Of a stretch of 64,000 nucleotides of DNA, positions 61,416 to 64,000 are shown in pieces. A program made the translations under genes and the position numbers. Positions within the stretch are counted from its first letter, which is position 1, and each line of letters opens with the position of its first letter. Source of the DNA: a virus (taxonomy: Duplodnaviria > Heunggongvirae > Uroviricota > Caudoviricetes); the IMG/VR virus record IMGVR_UViG_3300032038_000051, positions 12,740-76,739 of that record; one strand, written 5' to 3'. Under the pieces are notes generated by a model. It was not told the DNA's origin and did not search any database. It was given only the letters and a program-made list of their open reading frames with translations.

Positions 61416-61661
61416 TCACACGTAGTTGTTGCATCCGAACTCGCGGCGGAGCACCTCCCAGAGGCTGCACTCGTCGTCGGAATAGGTGCCGTCCGGAACG
61501 ACGCCCTCATGGGCAAGCATCGCGATGTGCTCCACCTGCTCGAAGGTGAACTTGCAGACGCGGAAGCGCGACTCGTGGATCGCCTGCTTGTGCTCGCGGT
61601 GCTGCGCGCGCTTGCGCTCGGCGAACTTGACGCGCGGGTCGTGGATCATCTCCCTGAACAT
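61416..61661 (-). CDS. hypothetical protein
   Basis: Start MFREMIHD after GGAGG RBS. Confidence 0.5.
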   Translation of the reverse strand: MFREMIHDPRVKFAERKRAQHREHKQAIHESRFRVCKFTFEQVEHIAMLAHEGVVPDGTYSDDECSLWEVLRREFGCNNYV

Positions 61662-61669
61662 GACGCCTC

Positions 61670-61768
61670 CTACTCGTTGTCCCAGTCGAGGGACACGGGC
61701 GCGGCCTCGATGGCCGCCAGTTCCTCGAGCGTCGGCTCGAAGTCGTAAATCTCGTCGTACGTGGTCAT
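61670..61768 (-). CDS. 32-aa acidic peptide
   Basis: MTTYDEIYDFEPTLEELAAIEAAPVSLDWDNE after TTAAAGGAGGAAAG RBS. Confidence 0.4.
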   Translation of the reverse strand: MTTYDEIYDFEPTLEELAAIEAAPVSLDWDNE

Positions 61769-61859
61769 TTTTCTTTCCTCCTTTAACTAGGTTGTTCCGG
61801 GCTCGTTTGCCCAGCGGTGAACGCGCGGCAACCCGTGCGCTCGTCGGCGGGTAAGCGAA

Positions 61860-61877
61860 GGGCCTCCGAAGAGGCCC
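61860..61877 (-). terminator. hairpin GGGCCTC-cgaa-GAGGCCC downstream of the secreted-protein gene
   Basis: 7-bp GC stem with tetraloop; weak T-run. Confidence 0.35.
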
Positions 61878-61888
61878 AGACTCGTTAA

Positions 61889-62290
61889 TCACTTGACATA
61901 CTTGACGCGTGCTCCCGTGGCTCGTAGCCACTCGAAGACGCCCCGGTTCGTGGCTCGTACATCGACGTGCCACAATCGCTCGTCCTCGCAGGTGTCCAAG
62001 ACGGCTCGCAGGTTCACGCGGCGCACCTGCTTTGGTATTGCGCCGCCCCAGATCGCACGGACACGGTACGTGCGGCCGCGGTACTTTATGGCTTTGGGAA
62101 TCGTCACGGCCTTACGGGTCGCGACTCGTTTGACCGCCGCCGCTCGTAGCCGAGGTGCGACGGCGTACGTGATGCCGTCAACCTTGTAAGCGTCGGTGAA
62201 GTCTCGCGGCGCCGCGTGCGCCGTGGACGGGAGAACCGCCGCGAGTGCGACGGCAACCGTAAAGAGAATGGCAAAAACTCGTTTGTGCAT
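61889..62290 (-). CDS. secreted/exported hypothetical protein
   Basis: N-terminal signal peptide MHKRVFAILFTVAVALAAVLPSTAHAAP; basic mature part. Confidence 0.55.
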   Translation of the reverse strand: MHKRVFAILFTVAVALAAVLPSTAHAAPRDFTDAYKVDGITYAVAPRLRAAAVKRVATRKAVTIPKAIKYRGRTYRVRAIWGGAIPKQVRRVNLRAVLDTCEDERLWHVDVRATNRGVFEWLRATGARVKYVK

Positions 62291-62358
62291 GATGGCCTCC
62301 TAGCTCGTATGGCGTGCGGGCGCACGTCGCAGGCCCGGCCGCATGGGTCGGGCACACG

Positions 62359-62604
62359 TCATGCGCCCCACAGCTCGTGAGGCTCCACGTCCCAGTAGAT
62401 CCAGCCGTCTGGATCGTCTGGGTTTCCAACGCACCCGCCGTTATGGTCGACGTACGTGTGGGGGTCGTCTGCAGCGTCGGGATTGTCCTCTATCGCGGCG
62501 TCGTACCGCGAGAACATCAATTTGATTGCGTCCGCCTTCTCGGCGAACACGCCGACGGTGTTAGAGCCGTACGGCTCCGTTTCGACGAGAACGTATGCTT
62601 TCAC
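62359..62604 (-). CDS. hypothetical acidic protein
   Basis: ORF. Confidence 0.5.
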   Translation of the reverse strand: MKAYVLVETEPYGSNTVGVFAEKADAIKLMFSRYDAAIEDNPDAADDPHTYVDHNGGCVGNPDDPDGWIYWDVEPHELWGA

Positions 62605-62738
62605 ATGAACCTCCCTTCAAGCCGTTGTTCCCCTAGCTCGTTTGTTACCCTACGAAAAAGGCACCCATGCAATGCACAGGCGCCCTTTACGTAAGGGGGA
62701 CGGCGCGGAGGCCGTCCCTGGATTTTTGGTGTGCTCGT

Positions 62739-63023
62739 TTACTTGTTGTCGCCGGGTGGGATCAAAAACTCGTACCCGTCCGACCTGTCCCTCAAAATCA
62801 GGTCGTACCCTAGCGCGTCGGCGACATTCGCAAGTACGTCGCTTCTTGGACTCGATTTCGTGCGGTTGATCATGGTGCCGACGTACGATGCCTTTTGCCC
62901 CATCATGACGCTCGTGTGCGCCGCCGTGGTACCAGCTCGTTTTATCATATTGCGTATGATGGCGCCCTCATTCATCTTCACTCCCAACTCGTTGCGTGAG
63001 ACACCATCATATCTTATACTCAT
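62739..63023 (-). CDS. XRE-family HTH transcriptional regulator (candidate repressor)
   Basis: IKRAGTTAAHTSVMMGQKASYVGTMINRTKSSPRSDVLANVADALGYDLIL HTH; lower GC than its neighbours; faces the palindrome-rich region. Confidence 0.55.
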   Translation of the reverse strand: MSIRYDGVSRNELGVKMNEGAIIRNMIKRAGTTAAHTSVMMGQKASYVGTMINRTKSSPRSDVLANVADALGYDLILRDRSDGYEFLIPPGDNK

Positions 63024-63059
63024 CCTGTTGTCCCTACTGTCCTTTGAAAATCGTATTCC

Positions 63060-63245
63060 CTAACCGGCGGTCGCGGCGTACCACACCATGAGCGCATGGA
63101 CTGTCTTCCCGTCGCGCTCGACGCAGTACGCCATGTACTCATCGTCTGGGAAGTCATGCACGAATAAATCCTCGTCCATATCCCGCAACGCGACGAACAA
63201 GTCTATGAGACGCGCGATAACCTCAAGCTTCTTATTCCTTGGCAT
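63060..63245 (-). CDS. hypothetical small protein
   Basis: ORF. Confidence 0.4.
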   Translation of the reverse strand: MPRNKKLEVIARLIDLFVALRDMDEDLFVHDFPDDEYMAYCVERDGKTVHALMVWYAATAG

Positions 63246-63520
63246 CGTTCCTCCTTCAACGGCCTATCCTACACACGAAACGCCTCGCAGCTCGTGCGCC
63301 TGGCGTACCTTGTGTAAGATGCTGCATTCGTGCAGCTCGTACGTTCCCTCACGCGGCGAAACGAACCCGCACGACTTCTCGCCTTCACACGGGCTCGTTT
63401 CGCTTGTCGCGCAAGTGCGCGCTCTTCCTAATGGCGGAGTCTTCGCGCGCTCTGACTGTTCTTGCATCCTCGCGGATGCGGTCGGGCATTGATTCCGGTG
63501 GGAGTCGCCCACCTTGTAAC
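63246..63520. promoter_or_regulatory. palindrome-rich control region (candidate operators/promoters for the leftward early transcript)
   Basis: GCTGCATTCGTGCAGC, CGCGCAAGTGCGCG, GGTGGGAGTCGCCCACC inverted repeats upstream of the XRE gene. Confidence 0.35.
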
Positions 63521-64000
63521 GGCCTAGGATTTGTTTCCCGCAGCCGTCCCCTTCGCAGCTTTTGACCGGAGCCGCGCCGCCGTCGTCTTTTGGACGATAT
63601 ACTCAGGCACCCGCGCAACGCGCGGATGTGCAGGCCATTGGTGGCTACTGCAATACCTCTCGCAAGTATCGCGTCGTGTGCGCGTAGTGCATGACTGCGC
63701 CACAGTAACGGCTAGCCTTTTGGATCCTAATAGGCATCGGCATTCCAGTATGCGCCCGGAACGCTTATCCTCGGGTGATTTCACGCATGGTGGTATTCCC
63801 CGATTGTTTCTAGTGTGAATTGCTTTGGCGACCCCGCGGCACGCACGCCACGTTACAACGAGGTACGCTAGCGCGTTCCACGTTGTAGGCCGTCGCTGGT
63901 CACACCTTGCGGGTCTAGGAAGTTCCCTTATCGCCAATTTTGGGCGCGTCTGCGAATACAGACGCAGTGACTGTGCACACACCCATAATGACGCCTCGGT

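Noticed and set aside
63264-63982. ORFs 63264..63512 (-), 63524..63982 (-) and 63531..63818 (+) in the right-end region
   Set aside because: Low-complexity composition, no RBS, mutually overlapping. The region reads better as a structured noncoding/control region.

Overview
GC-rich 64 kb window with the organisation of a large phage or prophage early/middle region; no capsid, portal, terminase, tail, lysis or integrase genes are visible. Bases 1-43.5 kb are one rightward-transcribed block of tightly packed, often start/stop-overlapping (ATGA, TGATG) genes. It holds a recombination/replication module (RusA, YqaJ-like exonuclease + RecT, SSB, phage replisome-organizer, DnaC-like loader, beta sliding clamp), nucleotide-metabolism genes (dUTPase with an internal insertion, ThyX, MazG-like, DUF4406), and an island of three DNA methyltransferases; one of these, a Dam-family gene, is frameshifted at a G9 tract, and an XRE regulator and an HNH nuclease sit immediately upstream of the island. 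It also carries two Lar-family restriction-alleviation genes, a DRB0094-type RNA ligase, an FNT-family channel, an SPFH/band-7 protein and a cluster of four tRNAs (Met-CAT, Thr-AGT, Ser-GCT, Trp-CCA), some with unusual anticodon loops. A bidirectional hairpin terminator at about 43.55 kb marks a strand switch. Bases 43.6-63.2 kb are transcribed leftward and encode roughly 45 small, mostly strongly acidic hypothetical proteins, plus an HNH endonuclease, a third Lar-like protein, micro-peptides, a secreted protein and an XRE-type regulator; the last ~750 bp is a hairpin- and palindrome-dense noncoding region that may hold control elements. A palindromic GC hairpin placed just upstream of the ribosome-binding site recurs in front of many genes in the leftward block. 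All functional calls rest on motifs recognised by eye in the translations; nothing was searched against a database.
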